DNA from: Paraphysomonas bandaiensis
Lineage: Eukaryota > Protista > Chrysophyceae
Length of the DNA stretch: 64,000 bases
Assembly (NCBI GenBank): GCA_965644295.1
Contig: CBFFRP010000002.1
Span: forward strand, 62,001 to 126,000
Reading direction: 5' to 3'
The translations under genes and the position numbers were made by a program. The notes beneath the pieces were generated by a model that was not told where the DNA came from, made no database searches, and worked only from the letters and a program-made list of their open reading frames with translations. Positions within the stretch are counted from its first letter, which is position 1, and each line of letters opens with the position of its first letter. This document shows, piece after piece, positions 39,321 to 53,200 of the stretch.

Positions 39321-39695
39321 GTATGTATGTATGTATGTATGTATGTATGTATGTATGTATGTATGTATGTATGTATGTATGTATGTATGTATGTATGTAT
39401 GTATGTATGTATGTGTATGTATGTATGTATGTATGTATGTAAGTATGTATGTATGTATGTATGTATGTATGTATGTATGTATGTATGTATGTATGTATGT
39501 ATGTATGTATGTATGTATGTATGTATGTATGTATGTATGTATGTATGTATGTATGTATGTATGTATGTATGTATGTATGTATGTATGTATGTATGTATGT
39601 ATGTATGTATGTATGTATGTATGTATGTATGTATGTATGTATGTATGTATGTATGTATGTATGTATGTATGTATGTATGTATGTATGTATGTATG

Positions 39696-39726
<31 letters not shown>

Positions 39727-39843
39727 GTATGTATGTATGTATGTATGTATGTATGTATGTATGTATGTATGTATGTATGTATGTATGTATGTATGTATGT
39801 ATGTATGTATGTATGTATGTATGTATGTATGTATGTATGTATG

Positions 39844-39874
<31 letters not shown>

Positions 39875-40189
39875 GTATGTATGTATGTATGTATGTATGT
39901 ATGTATGTATGTATGTATGTATGTATGTATGTATGTATGTATGTATGTATGTATGTATGTATGTATGTATGTATGTATGTATGTATGTATGTATGTATGT
40001 ATGTATGTATGTATGTATGTGTATGTATGTATGTATGTATGTATGTATGTATGTATGTATGTATGTATGTATGTATGTATGTATGTATGTATGTATGTAT
40101 GTATGTATGTATGTATGTATGTATGTATGTATGTATGTATGTATGTATGTATGTATGTATGTATGTATGTATGTATGTATGTATGTATG

Positions 40190-40221
<32 letters not shown>

Positions 40222-40303
40222 TGTATGTATGTATGTATGTATGTATGTATGTATGTATGTATGTATGTATGTATGTATGTATGTATGTATGTATGTATGT
40301 ATG

Positions 40304-40335
<32 letters not shown>

Positions 40336-40443
40336 TGTATGTATGTATGTATGTATGTATGTATGTATGTATGTATGTATGTATGTATGTATGTATGTAT
40401 GTATGTATGTATGTATGTATGTATGTATGTATGTATGTATGTA
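39321..40443 (-). repeat. (TATG)n microsatellite, ~1.1 kb
   Basis: Direct reading; lies between divergent genes. Confidence 0.99.
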
Positions 40444-40907
40444 TACCAACGAATCTCTCTGCTATGTATTCTATGCAGATATATACAGTGAACTGTAGTA
40501 TAAGAACCGTATATATGGTGTACCGTGTGAGTGTACTGTAGCATATGGACTGTAAACTCCAACTGTGAACATGATGATTGAGAAAAGTATTAGAAAATGC
40601 CCTAGAAACTCCATACATGAAAACGAGATTGTAATTTTGTAGAAATTACAATATTGTTTATTGAAATTTTATAGTCATTACGAAATATTATGGAGAATAT
40701 CATATCCATTAATTTTTTGTGAAAATTGTAAGAAATACAATTTTATACATAATAAAAATTCTCAGAATTCTTTTTAGTAAAGATCCTTCCATCCATCCAT
40801 ACATACGCTATCACTCTCTCTCTCTATATATATATATAGAAGATAGTCATTAAATAGAAAACTAAACGAAGTTCAATATTCCTTCATATATACTTCATTA
40901 TTTCAAT

Positions 40908-41830
40908 ATGTCCTCTCAAGATACACTTTATATTCCACCAAATAAAGTAGAAAGTTTATTTTCTTTAACTCAAGGGAATACATTCGCATCTACTAATGCC
41001 CCTACTGCTGGATCTCAATCTATACGTAGTTTACCTATAGGATTACAATCCTTTCAATATTATTCACTTGCGACACCAAATGGACAAAAACCAGCAATCC
41101 TTCTAGAAGAATTAAATCTTCCATATGATGCTCATAGTATGTATATATATACACATATCTATCTATTCACTAATATATACATATATATATAGAAATATCA
41201 TTAAATGGTGAACAATTTCAATCAGGTTTTGTTGAATTAAATCCAAATTCAAAAATACCAGCAGCAATTGATTTTAATGGACCTAATGGAAAAACCGTTA
41301 AATTATTTGAATCTGTTTCTATTATGGTTTATTTAGCTGAAAAAACTCAACAATTTATACCATCTGATCCCATCTTACGATCTGAAGTAATGAATTGGTT
41401 ATTTTGGCAAGTAGGTGGACAAGGTCCAATAACAGGTGCATGTTTTGGTCATTTTTTTGCATATGCACCAGAAAATCAACATGCTGCAAGAGATTATGCA
41501 CTTGGAAGATATGGAATGGAAGTACAAAGATTATGTTCTGTATTAAATAATCATCTTGCTACACGTACATATCTTGTGGGAGAAGAATATACAATTGCTG
41601 ATATGGCTTGTTTTCCTTGGTTTCAGACGGGATTAAGAACAGGATACAAGACCAAATCTGGACTTACGGCATGTGAATTTCTGTCGATTGAAGAGAACTA
41701 TCCTCATGTAGTTGCATGGGCGGATAGGATCTTGGCTCGACCTGCAGTTCAAAGAGGATTGAGAGTGTGCTCTTTCTCTAGTGAAAACCCCAAGCCGTGG
41801 CTGGATGAAGAAAGTGATGAGCAAAAGTAA
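40908..41830 (+). CDS. Glutathione S-transferase, YghU/Nu-class (Ure2p-like) disulfide oxidoreductase (exons 40908-41136, 41193-41830)
   Basis: YSLATPNGQK, LNPNSKIPAAID, LFES.SIMVYLAEK, WLFWQ, GHFFAYAP, YTIADMACFPW, RPAVQRG; YghU-like N-terminal extension FASTNAPTAG; 56-nt intron joins in frame. Confidence 0.9.
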
Positions 41831-42313
41831 AAGTTGTCTGACGGAGAAGCTTGTGCACGCTGCGCACGTTTTATGATATTGAAATGACGATTCTGTTGGT
41901 ATAAATGTAGCTAGTGTATCCTTTCTGGTGTATTCACAATCAATGAGCACTTTCTAACTAAAATACCTACTCGAGATGTTAACGAGTTATGTGTAGCCGT
42001 ATTTGGTTCTTCTGCTATAAATTTTAGACGTGTTTCATCTTGATGTGTAGCTACAATTTCAAGAAATTTTTGTGCTTTCTGCTTGAAATATTGATGTTTG
42101 AATATATTGTGTCATAGCTTTCCAATTCACAAACACACATATATGTGTGCCACAATACTTGACTTTTCTAAACTTTTCGACATTACGATGATGTGTGAAT
42201 TAGTCGCACGAGAGGCTTTTTGTTGACAAAATTAGTACCATCACAATATATATATACGTGCTACTCGTGTGTATGATGTATGATATCAGGTACATAATCG
42301 TGAATCATCGTGG

Positions 42314-42691
42314 TTCCTTCCTCAACAAAGTCGGACTCGCACCTTTTCGTGGTTCTGGGGGAATAAGTACCGGAGATATTTCTCCGGGAAATTAAGAATG
42401 CGAGCCGTATATATATAGCCACCAGAATATTTTATATGTGGTATCTATTGTGTAGACGTATTTGGGCCTTGACGAATAAACAGGCATCCGGGAATGAGCC
42501 CACCTCAAGGGCATCCGGGGTATAGGGATGCTTGCAGAAGTCAAGCATCCGGCCTATTCACCTTTAGGACATATAAACCGTAAAGTTAGTAGATGTCAGG
42601 TATCTCAACATTCTGCTTGCTCACTGCGTTTGCTTTGCTCAAAGTGGTTGCATCTTGGTGTTTGCTGCGGCGCACAAGCAGCTATCGTAGC
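42314..42691 (+). mobile_element. Dispersed ~380-bp repeat, copy 2
   Basis: Inverted homolog of 27080-27459. Confidence 0.7.
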
Positions 42692-43081
42692 ACAAAATTG
42701 CAATGCTACATTAGTTCTGACTCTTACACGCCTATTGCCATTCATCAGACGTTCACTACGTGGTTTCCTTAACATGTTCATTAGATGACTTTCAACATTG
42801 TAACTAAAATAGAAGGCAGTTTTTGTTCCAGTCAAATATTGGAGACGAATATTTATATTTACCCGGCGCTAATATATGAGCGTTCTGTAGAACTCAATCC
42901 AGGTTTAAAAAGCACTTTTCTAATAAAGAGATATGTTTAATACCTATAGAACACTGTATAGTGTCTGCAACAACTCTATGGTCGCCACCAACACCAACAG
43001 AACCCAGTATAACTACACAAACAAGGATATTGCATTATTACAGCGTTACAACTATTACTATGAACATTAATGCAGAATCTC

Positions 43082-46000
43082 TTAGTAGTACTGACAAAAA
43101 GTTTTGAATCTTAGGAGCTGCATTGCCCTAACTTCTTTCCTTATGATATTTCTCAGTGCATCTCCACCTGCATAAACCATAAACAACAATACATGCCAGG
43201 TTGTATCTAAATGATAATATACATACGTCATGCACTCACCGACTGTCATCTTACGTATCCTCTCTTTTAAATCGGCAACCGCATCCTCCCACATCATCAC
43301 ATCCTTTAGATCTGCTCCCTTAGGAGGTGTGTAATTCTCAATGGCCACATCTGTATAGAGAACGCCAATTAGCTACAACCGCGCATGTAGAACGACAAAC
43401 AAAACTTGACAATATATTCCGCCAAACCTTTGTAAGGATCTTCATTAGAATCGCAAACATTCTTCTTATCTCCGCTTTCTTTGCCGGAAGAAGCATGGAC
43501 ATTATTCACTACCTCTTTTGGTCGTGTCATGCTATGGTGAGGCTCCGGTTGGGCAGGTATATGAAGGGCATTTTGATTGTCTTGCACCTGGCTGGTGGCT
43601 GTGGTTGTTGTTGATGTATCTTTATGTATCACATTATCGGAAGTTGTCACTCGCAATTTCTCTCCTCTATCTTTACTCTGCGTATGTATGTCTCTATCCG
43701 GCCTTGCTACTACAGCTGGTCCTGGAATCGCATCTGGAAAAGTATACTTTCCGGATAAATATTTGAACACGGGTGACACCTCCCTCTCTGAAAGTGCAGA
43801 ATTGAATACCATTACCTACGATGCACTTTGACTTGTCCATCACCAGACTAACTCCAATTACACATACCTCATTGACATCTCCAATAAACCCACAAGCCTG
43901 TGTGACACCTCCTACGTATAGCGGACTGTTGTGTGTAAATAGCGACTTCTGGTTGGTAGCGGTCCAGTCACTTGGAGATGCCGGATAGAAAGGTTGTCCT
44001 GAAAGAAACATAAGTAACCAATGCAACACCACTTTATATTACTACTTCATAACTTCGTAACTGTCATATAGCGCAAATGTCATATAGCATAGCAGCCAGT
44101 CGAACACTCACCATTCACCGATATCTCCACACCAGTAGGTGAAAATCTATACGCCAGTAAGTTAGTAACACCAGAATGTTTCAAAGCAGCCCCTCCTTCT
44201 GGAACGGTGTAATCCGCCCTGAAAACAGACAAATTATGGAAGGAAAGTTAGTATCCCAAATGAGGTATGATTTCGTTGTGACATGGGACAGAAATTCGCC
44301 AAGTCGCATACAAAGTGCTAGGCATATATTCCATTATACCACTTCACAACACACGATTTTACGCCATCCCACAAATATGTATGACACCAGAGTGTGGAAT
44401 CCATCATGCATATAGTGCATTATAAAATACAACACTATATCACATGTTCCAAAATACACTACATATCAAAGAATACATCATACCACACAACAGAATTGCT
44501 GATTGCATATTGTTTATATCATGATACAGAATCTCATGTCTGAATACAAAGCACCAAATGATGTACGCAAAGGCAAATCATAGTACAACTATCAATATCA
44601 TAGCATTCAAGGGATATCATTCTGATCATCAAAACGTGCGATTACCCGTTCGCGTGAAAGCTTGCTTCCCCGTTAAGTAGTCTGAACTGTCCTGAGGGAT
44701 AGTGTCCAAAAAATCGTTGACCAGGACTCTATACACGACAAACATAATACATCAAACACGCATGGACCCACTGTACATCAGGCAACGTCGAATACTCAAG
44801 TACAAAAACATAGCATACAGTAGAACCCACATGATCATCTTTGCCGGGATACTCTGGCTTGATCACGAAAAACATTGTCGAAGTCTCAGACAAACGAAAC
44901 GCCTTATCTTCGTACTCGAGTGCACATGGGAAGTGGACCCCAGCATGGTTTGTGAGGGGTGTACTGTAAGATTGTGGAGATGATGGAAGAGCACCATTGT
45001 TCTCTTTATGTCTGGATATGTCTCGCTTATACTCCTTGACGAGGGCACTATAGCAAATGAAGGAAAAGAAAGTTGTTATACAAAAATTTATGGATATGGA
45101 ACATCTACATCACAGTATCCGTCCTCAAGTGTCATACCTGGATGCTTGAACGGAATGCGCATCGGAAAGCGGTCGGAATGTCCGACTGCTGGCCCTACGA
45201 CTGACATCTCTCCACGAAGATACACGACCCGCTACGGATTCAACAGAGTCACCATTCAGCCACAGAGTGAGTTTCTCCTTGACGCCTGCAAGCACGTAAA
45301 CTACCAAGAATTAGGAAAACGCATACATACCTGAGTCTAATTCAGCAGCATGAGCATTATCACTAACAGGTTTTTCCTGAGCGGAAAGAATGGCCGCTAA
45401 CTCTGCACCGCCACTTCTCTTGACATCTTCATGCTTCACTGTAATTTCTTCTTGCTTTACAAAAGTACCATCAGCCCTAGCAGGAGGATTGTCGGGTTTT
45501 ACGGGAGTATCCACGTGATTAGGAGGAACCTCTTCATGTTTCACTGGGGTATCCTCGCGCTTCGCTGGAGCTTCTTCCTGCTTCACTGGGGTATCCTCAT
45601 GCTTCAGTGGAGCCTCTTCACGCTTCACTGGAATGTCCTCGTGCTTCACTGGAGCCTCTTCTTGCTTTACTGATGAAACCTCGAGCTTAGGAGGTACCGC
45701 TTCATGAACCTCTGGAGCACCCTCATGCTTAAGTGGAACCTCTTCATGCTTCACTGAAGCCTCTTCATGCTTTACTAATGTATCCTCGTGCTTAGGAGGA
45801 ACACCTTCTTGCTTCACTGGTGTATCCTCGTGCTTAAGTGAAACCTCTTCATGCTTTACTGGTGTATCCTCGTGCTTAGGAGGAGTCTCTTCATGCTTCA
45901 CTGGTGTATCCTCGTGCTTAAGTGGAACCTCTTCATGCTTTACTGGTGTATCCTCGTGCTTAGGAGGAGTCTCTTCATGCTTCACTGGAGTATCCTCGTG

Positions 46001-47786
46001 CTTAGGAGGTACCTCTTCATGCTTCACTGGAGTATCCTCGTGCTTAGGAGGTACCGCTTCATGAACCTCTGGAGCGCCCTCGTGCTTAGGTGGAACCCCT
46101 TCATGCTTCACTGGAGCCTCTTCATGCTTTACTAATGTATCCTCGTGCTTAGGAGGAACATCTTCATGCTTCACTAGAGCCTCCTCACGCTTCACTGGTG
46201 TTTCCTCGTGCTTAGGAGGAACCTCTTCGTGCTTCATTGGAGCATCGCCATGCTTAGGAGGAATCTCTTCATGTTTCATTGGAGCATCCTCATGCTTAGG
46301 TGGAACCTCTTCTTGCTTCACTGGAGCCTCCTCACGCTTCACTTGTGTATCCTCGTGCTTAGGAGGAGTCTCTTCATGCTTCAGAGGAGGAACTGCATTC
46401 TCGTGCAGCTCTGGGGAAGTGTGTACATGCTGTGCCTTCCAGCTCTTATGATTATAGTCCGCTACCGGCACTTTGCGGTTCATACTATAATCTTCCGATG
46501 CTCTCTGTAAATTTGACAAATCTTTCACTTTATGGGTACCAATCTTATCACTCATCTTATCTAGACGCTTATCCAATGACTGAGAAGGTAAGTTGGGAGA
46601 TATATGTGATGCAGGAGGCCGAGATAGGGAGCTCAAGGGGTCAATCGAGTCTATACCGCTAAATGACCCTATTGAGGACCCTCTTAATAATAAGGCCTCT
46701 TTTCTATACAAAACTCTGTGTAGAAGTAAACTCATTCCCGCCAATACCACAAGAGTGATAATGACCATCTGTCTATAGGAATGTGAGTGGCATACGGAGA
46801 TATAAATATGTATATATATGTGTGTATGCATAGCTCTATATATGGTTGTACAGCTACATTGGTATACATATGTCTGTCTGTACAGTTAAATATATGCATG
46901 CTTATCGTCATGTGGTTGTGGTTATAAGGTTATATATGTGTATAGTTATATGGTTATATGTCTAGTTACATACATGTGTGTATGTGTATATGTGTATATA
47001 TATGTCTATATATGTGTGTGTATATGTCTATATATGTGTGTGTATATGTGTGTGTATATGTGTGTATATGTTATATATGTGTGTGTATATATGTATGTAT
47101 GTGTGTGTGTATATGTGTGTATGGTGATATGATGAATGCGGATAGTTGTATGGGTATACGTTCATATATATAAGTGCATAGCTGTAAGGGTATATGTATA
47201 TGTGTATAGTGGTGTGGTTATGTGTATACAGTTCTATGGTTACATGTGTGTATGTGTGTGGTTTCATATGTGTGTATATATATGGGCATGTATGTGTATA
47301 TATATATGCTTGGTTTCATATGTGTGTATAGCTGTACGGGTATGTATGTATGTATATGGTTTCATATGTATGTATAGTTGGATGTGTATGTATGTATATG
47401 TATGTATGTAAAGCTGTGTGGTTATGTATGTGTGTGTATGTGTATGGTTTCATATATATGTATATATATATGTATGTATGTGAATATATATAGCTGTATG
47501 GGTATGTATGTACGTGTGTGGGTATGTGTATATGTGTGTAAAGCTGTGTGTGTGTGTATGTATGTATATGGTTTCATGAGTGTGTATGTATGTATGTGTG
47601 TATGTGTGGTTATGTGTGTGTATGTATGTATAGCTGTGTGTGTGTATGTATGTGTGTATGTGTATGTGTGTGTAGTGGTGTGGTTGTATACCTGGGAAAC
47701 TTCTTGACACATCGTGGAGCTGATAGAGGAGTAGAAGTAACTGGAGGAGGAGCGCGATAAGGATTATCAATTGAAGTTAATGGCAT
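43082..47786 (-). CDS. Membrane-anchored multi-exon protein: TM segment, ~43 xPxKHEE-type heptads, concanavalin A/LamG-like domain
   Basis: Exon 1 47786-47692 splices in frame to 46772-45331 ([18 protein letters not shown]); downstream exons read LTLWLNGDS...VSSWRDVS and PLYVGG...[18 protein letters not shown]...V.KYL..KY, typical LamG-like motifs. Internal exon borders not all resolved. Confidence 0.7.
45490..46395 (-). repeat. Coding 21-bp tandem repeat (heptapeptide [TAV]P[VP]KHE[ED])
   Basis: About 43 heptads counted in the translation. Confidence 0.92.
46800..47690. repeat. Degenerate (TG/TA)-rich simple-sequence tract filling intron 1 of the heptad-repeat gene
   Basis: Direct reading; a mirror CA-rich tract lies upstream at ~47835-48050. 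Confidence 0.85.
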
Positions 47787-48437
47787 TATTTTAATATCAT
47801 GAAATGACTGTGTATATAATTGTGAGGTGTGTTATATATACACATACATATATACACATATATACACATACACATACACACACATACACACACATACACA
47901 TACACATATATACACATATATATATATACACATACAGTATATATACACATACACACACATACACACACACATACATACACATATATACACATATATATAT
48001 ATACACATACAGTATATATACACATACATACACATACACATACATACATATCCCTTTCAAGCTACTGTATACACTCTGGTGTTGATCATCTACAGGAGTA
48101 TAGAAAAAATGGGATTTATATGATACGGAGTTTGTTAAAAATCTGGTTTTTTGCGTTTTTTAAAGAGTTTATTTCATATAAAATCGTATATTTTGATAGG
48201 CAACACGTTTTTTCACACATACAATACTACCATCGTAGTTCAAATCTCAGGTTATCCATAACTGATGCCTATTTTTAGCAGCAAAAGTTCTATTTTTCAC
48301 TTGATTCATAAAAATATAGAGTTTAAAACCAGGATTTTAGTATATTTCTCGGATTTTCCGCTTATTATGCACTATACTCCACTGCTGTACTGCTGTGTAT
48401 GTGTCTGAGCTGAGTATCTCAGTCGTATCAGCAGTCA

Positions 48438-48565
48438 GCATCTTATTTTTTCGGAAATAAATTGAGTCAAAAAGCTTCTATATTACTGCAGTAGAACTAC
48501 GGCTGGAATACACATAATTATTGCCTCAATATACGAGGCATCTTGGAACAAAAATATACAAAGGA
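48438..48565 (+). repeat. Dispersed ~128-bp repeat (second copy 60789-60915)
   Basis: Shared GCATCTTATTTTT(T)CGGAAA...CTATATTACTGCA...CTGGAATACACATAATT...GAGGCATCTT.GAACAAAAATATACAAAGGA. Confidence 0.8.
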
Positions 48566-49090
48566 CGTAGTAAAGTGCCTGTGTATAGATCAGTAATAGA
48601 ATCTCAGTGTATTCACGGTGTGTCATCATCAAGTTAGCTTTAGTTCGATCTCCCAGAGGTGGAGAAGGAGCAGCCTATACCTCACATGGTCATACATGAT
48701 CACGAGAGGCTCCGCGTTATCTGTGTCAGGTGATGGGACGGTACACATGACCCAACTCGCCTCTATATACGGCATGCTTAGCTATGAGACATCCGTGTAA
48801 TCTTAGCGAAGGTCAACCGAACGGGGCGGCAACAGAATCGGCATGTGATCTATGCTGGCTGCTACGTTAATACACGGGCTACGTTAATACACGGGCAGGC
48901 GGCCGGGAGTAGAGTATATGCATGTAGTGTACCAGCGTGTCAGAATGGGACAGATGTCCTATTTTGATAGTAGCATGGATGGATGATCTAGACGATGTGT
49001 GCGTTATGCGAACGAACGAGAACGAGAAGTGAATGTATTGATAGTCACTCTGTAATATATATCAACAAGCAAGCCTGTTGCTATACTATC

Positions 49091-49247
<157 letters not shown>

Positions 49248-50235
49248 GGGGGAATTCATGAAATTACTGATGTAGTACTTTTGAGTGCAAAGGAAGTTCT
49301 TTTGTCTGGGATCATTTTAATAATCTATCCATACTATCGAACTATCTAGAGGCATATGTCAATGACTCTGACTTATGGAGGGGCCGACGAGTCAATGTAG
49401 AAACAGCTGATTTTCTCCTGATCTAACTAAAGTTGAATCCTACAGTAGCTAGTTCCTCTGCGCCTATCTACACAACTGCTCTGTATATGTATACAATCAT
49501 GTCAATCCATAATATCGCAGGCACGGACGTCAAATTAAATTTATATACACCTGGGATAAAAAGAAATGTCTAATTGAAGAAGTTTCTAGGATTTTTCTCG
49601 TGCGTTGACTTTTATACATATTTTGAGATTATGAATACATTTAAACATATGAGCCGACAATGGTGATGAATCGTCATCATCTTATTGTGCAGATCTTCTT
49701 CATGACAGAAGTGGTAATATCAATACACCCGACGCTCTGTCTGCAAAGAGCAAGCGGGAGAACGACTGAGGTCCTGAATCATTGTCTCTTGTTTAATAGA
49801 TGCAAAAAATACATAGTACTAATGCTGTTAAGGCCAAGGTTGTCAACTAATTACTCTGCGTAGAATATCGAAGATATTTTCTGTTTAGGGAAATATGTGT
49901 GCGTTGTAATATGAAGCACAATGAATTGGTCAGCACTTAGCACATATACTAGTCCTAGTTTAGAGAGATTAGTTACTGTCTCATTCGTAATTTAATAAAG
50001 AGTACTTGCAATTTTACTCTTTCTGCTGCTTATGTCATACAGGGTACTAACTGTGTTAGTCCCTAGAAAGGCTACACACTAGATTAGCCGGAGTGATGAA
50101 TAGTTATAAAATCAGGTGTCACTAGAGTTCAGCAAAATATAAATGCGTGGCGTAAGTAAATAAGTTCACAACACGATAGTGTGATGAAATACATCTTGCG
50201 CTTCATAGCAAAAACATGACACTTACACATGTCCC

Positions 50236-53200
50236 TTACAACATACTAGTCATATCTTTCGAAAATCGAATGGACGAGACCTCATTTACAGGCCTGTTTG
50301 AAAAAATATTATCATATGATGGTGCGGACTTGGTTTCACATTTAGACTCTGTAGGTACTGTATTATCCAGTACAACAGATGAATGTGAATGGACCCGTAT
50401 AGGTGGGCTATACGTGCGAGACATTATCGAAGCTAGTGATGATTCAGAATTGTGAGTACTCACAGTCTCTGAGTTGTTAATACGGATAACTTCGCCAATG
50501 GCACGCCTTAGTAGCAGTGCTTGGTCTAAGAGGTAAAGTTTAATTCGTTTCTCCGTAAGAGTTTTTTCGCGTACCCCTTCGAAACCGTAACAATTCTCAC
50601 TGTCTTCAATATGAAAGCCCAATCGTTCATATTCTTTGCTCTCCAGTTTGTTTTGAACATCACTTGCGTCGTCACTGTGATGATACATATGCTTTGACGA
50701 TCGACTTTTTAGTAAAATATGTCGACGATTATTGGGGGCTTGGCATGTCAGGAACTTCAGTTCATGCTCTAGTTTTTTAACGCTCCAGCGTAGAATAAAT
50801 AGTGCTCGAATATCCGTGGCTAAATAATGCTTCTTCAAAGGACCAAGAAACATCTCGCGTACATTTGGTGACTTCCACCAAGAAGAAAGTATAAACGTAA
50901 TATCGAGCACCTTGTCACTTGAATTGTCCTTCGTATCATACGACAAGTACTGATCGTTTCTTGCATTGCTGGTCACCCATTTCAGTGCCAGTTTGTTGTT
51001 TAATTCCACACTTGCTAGAAAAGATTTATCTACAATGCATCTATTAACCACTTCTCGGATATCTCTTGTACAGAACATCACTGTCAAGAAGCCCCAGTTA
51101 CATATATTAAACACTTCTTTAATGATCATGAGGGCGCCAACAGATACAACAACAGCAATAGGAAACAAGAAATTGTAAACATCGAGTTTTAAAAACTCTC
51201 CTTCGCCACCATAATCCCAGAAAGTAGGCTTCAAATGCCCACATCGGTCCTTCCGAACATGAAAATCCGTCAGACTGTCAAACGAACGGCCCATCCCAGC
51301 ACCTGAGTAGCACGCACTTGTAACACTGTCCGGTTCACACGTGCGAAATGCGGTGATCCAGTAGGATAACACATCCCGAAGTTCCGGGTAGTCACTGTGA
51401 ATTCCCACGGCCATATCGGTGTATCCCTGTTGGCGAGGTGAGCCAACCAACCTCAGCTCTTGGTTGTTGTCCCTATCCGTGCAGTACTGACGCATGGGAC
51501 TATCGGATTCAATATCAATGGCACCATTCTGAAGAGCTTCTAAAAGTATAGAAGCCTCCACCAACGCATGACACTTCTCCGTCTCGAGGCATCTTAAAGC
51601 ATCCTTGAAGTTTCCGAATCCAATCTGCTTGATATTTGGAAACGACACGGCCATAGCAGCAGCATATGCGGTGTTCGGAGTAACAGCTGCGGAACGAGAC
51701 TTCATGTTCAATTGCTCCAATGTGTTCCACTCGGTTTCCCCCGACCGGTCTCCAAGGATCGCAGCAAGGTTGGCAGTATATCCCAACACCCATACCATAC
51801 CAAAGAAACAGAAGAAAGCATTCAAAACTAATGCCTTAGTGCTCATACCAGTACCCTCTACGTCAGAAGTGTGTGAGCTATGAGCGGTGATGGTCAGCCA
51901 AGAAGTGTATATATAGGTCGGAATATCAGAAAAAAATTGATTGATAGTCCACCCCATAGCAGATTCTTTCTTGGAGCTAAAAATATTTTCTTTAATTGAA
52001 AATATTTTCCTCATATCTACATCAGCGGACGTCACTGCGGTCGTCACAACATATAGCTAAATACCTGATATCGGAATGCTTTCCAATGCCAAAATATGTT
52101 GTTCGGTGGACCGCAATTCTGCGCCTGTGCGCTCACTAAATCTCAGTGTCGCCGCGACGAATACTACCATCACGAAGGTAGCCACCCACATTTCTTTAGT
52201 AAAAGGTTGAAAGAGTAACAGCGCCTTGTCGTAAAATGACGGAGTTTGAGTCAAAACAAGCATTTGAATGCCTGTATTACTGATAAATGGAGTGGTAAAT
52301 AGTATTCCACTCTCGAGGCGGTCTACAAATATAAATATAACACAAGCACATATAAATATAACATAACCACATATTAATATAACATAACCACATATTAATA
52401 TAACATAACCAGGTATAGATATAACACAAGCACATATAAAATATAACATAAACACATATAAATATAACATAAACACATATAAATATAACGTAAACACATA
52501 CAAATATAACATAAACACATACAAATATAACATAACCACATATAAATATACACAAACACATAACCAGATTAACTAGGTTTAAAGCATAACCAGATATATA
52601 TAACATAACCAGATGTAAATAACATAACCAGGAATAGATATAACATAACCACAGGTATAGATATAGCATAACCAGGTATATATAACACAAACACATATAA
52701 ATATAGCATAACCAGATGTAAATAAAATAACCAGGTATAGATATAACATAACCAGGTATATATATAACATAACCAGGTATCGATATAACATAACCAGGTA
52801 TATATAACATAACCAGATATATATAACACAACCAGGTATAGATATAACATAAGCAGATGTATATAACACAAACACATATAAATATAGAATAACCAGGTCT
52901 ATATAACACAACCAGGTATAGATATAACATAACCAGGAATAGATATAACATAACCAGGTATATATAACATAACCAGGTATCGATATAACATAACCAGGTA
53001 TAAAATAGCATAACCAAGTATAGATATAACATAAGCAGATGTATATAACACAAACACATATAAATATAGCATAACCAGGTCTATATAACACAACCAGGTA
53101 TAGATATAACATAACCAGGTATCGATATAACATAACCAGATGTAAATAACATAACCAGGTATAGATATAACATAACCAGGTATATATAACATAACCAGAT

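Noticed and set aside
46938-48278. Cys/Val/Tyr- and His/Thr-rich short ORFs
   Set aside because: Degenerate TG/CA simple repeats in intron 1 and upstream of the heptad-repeat gene.
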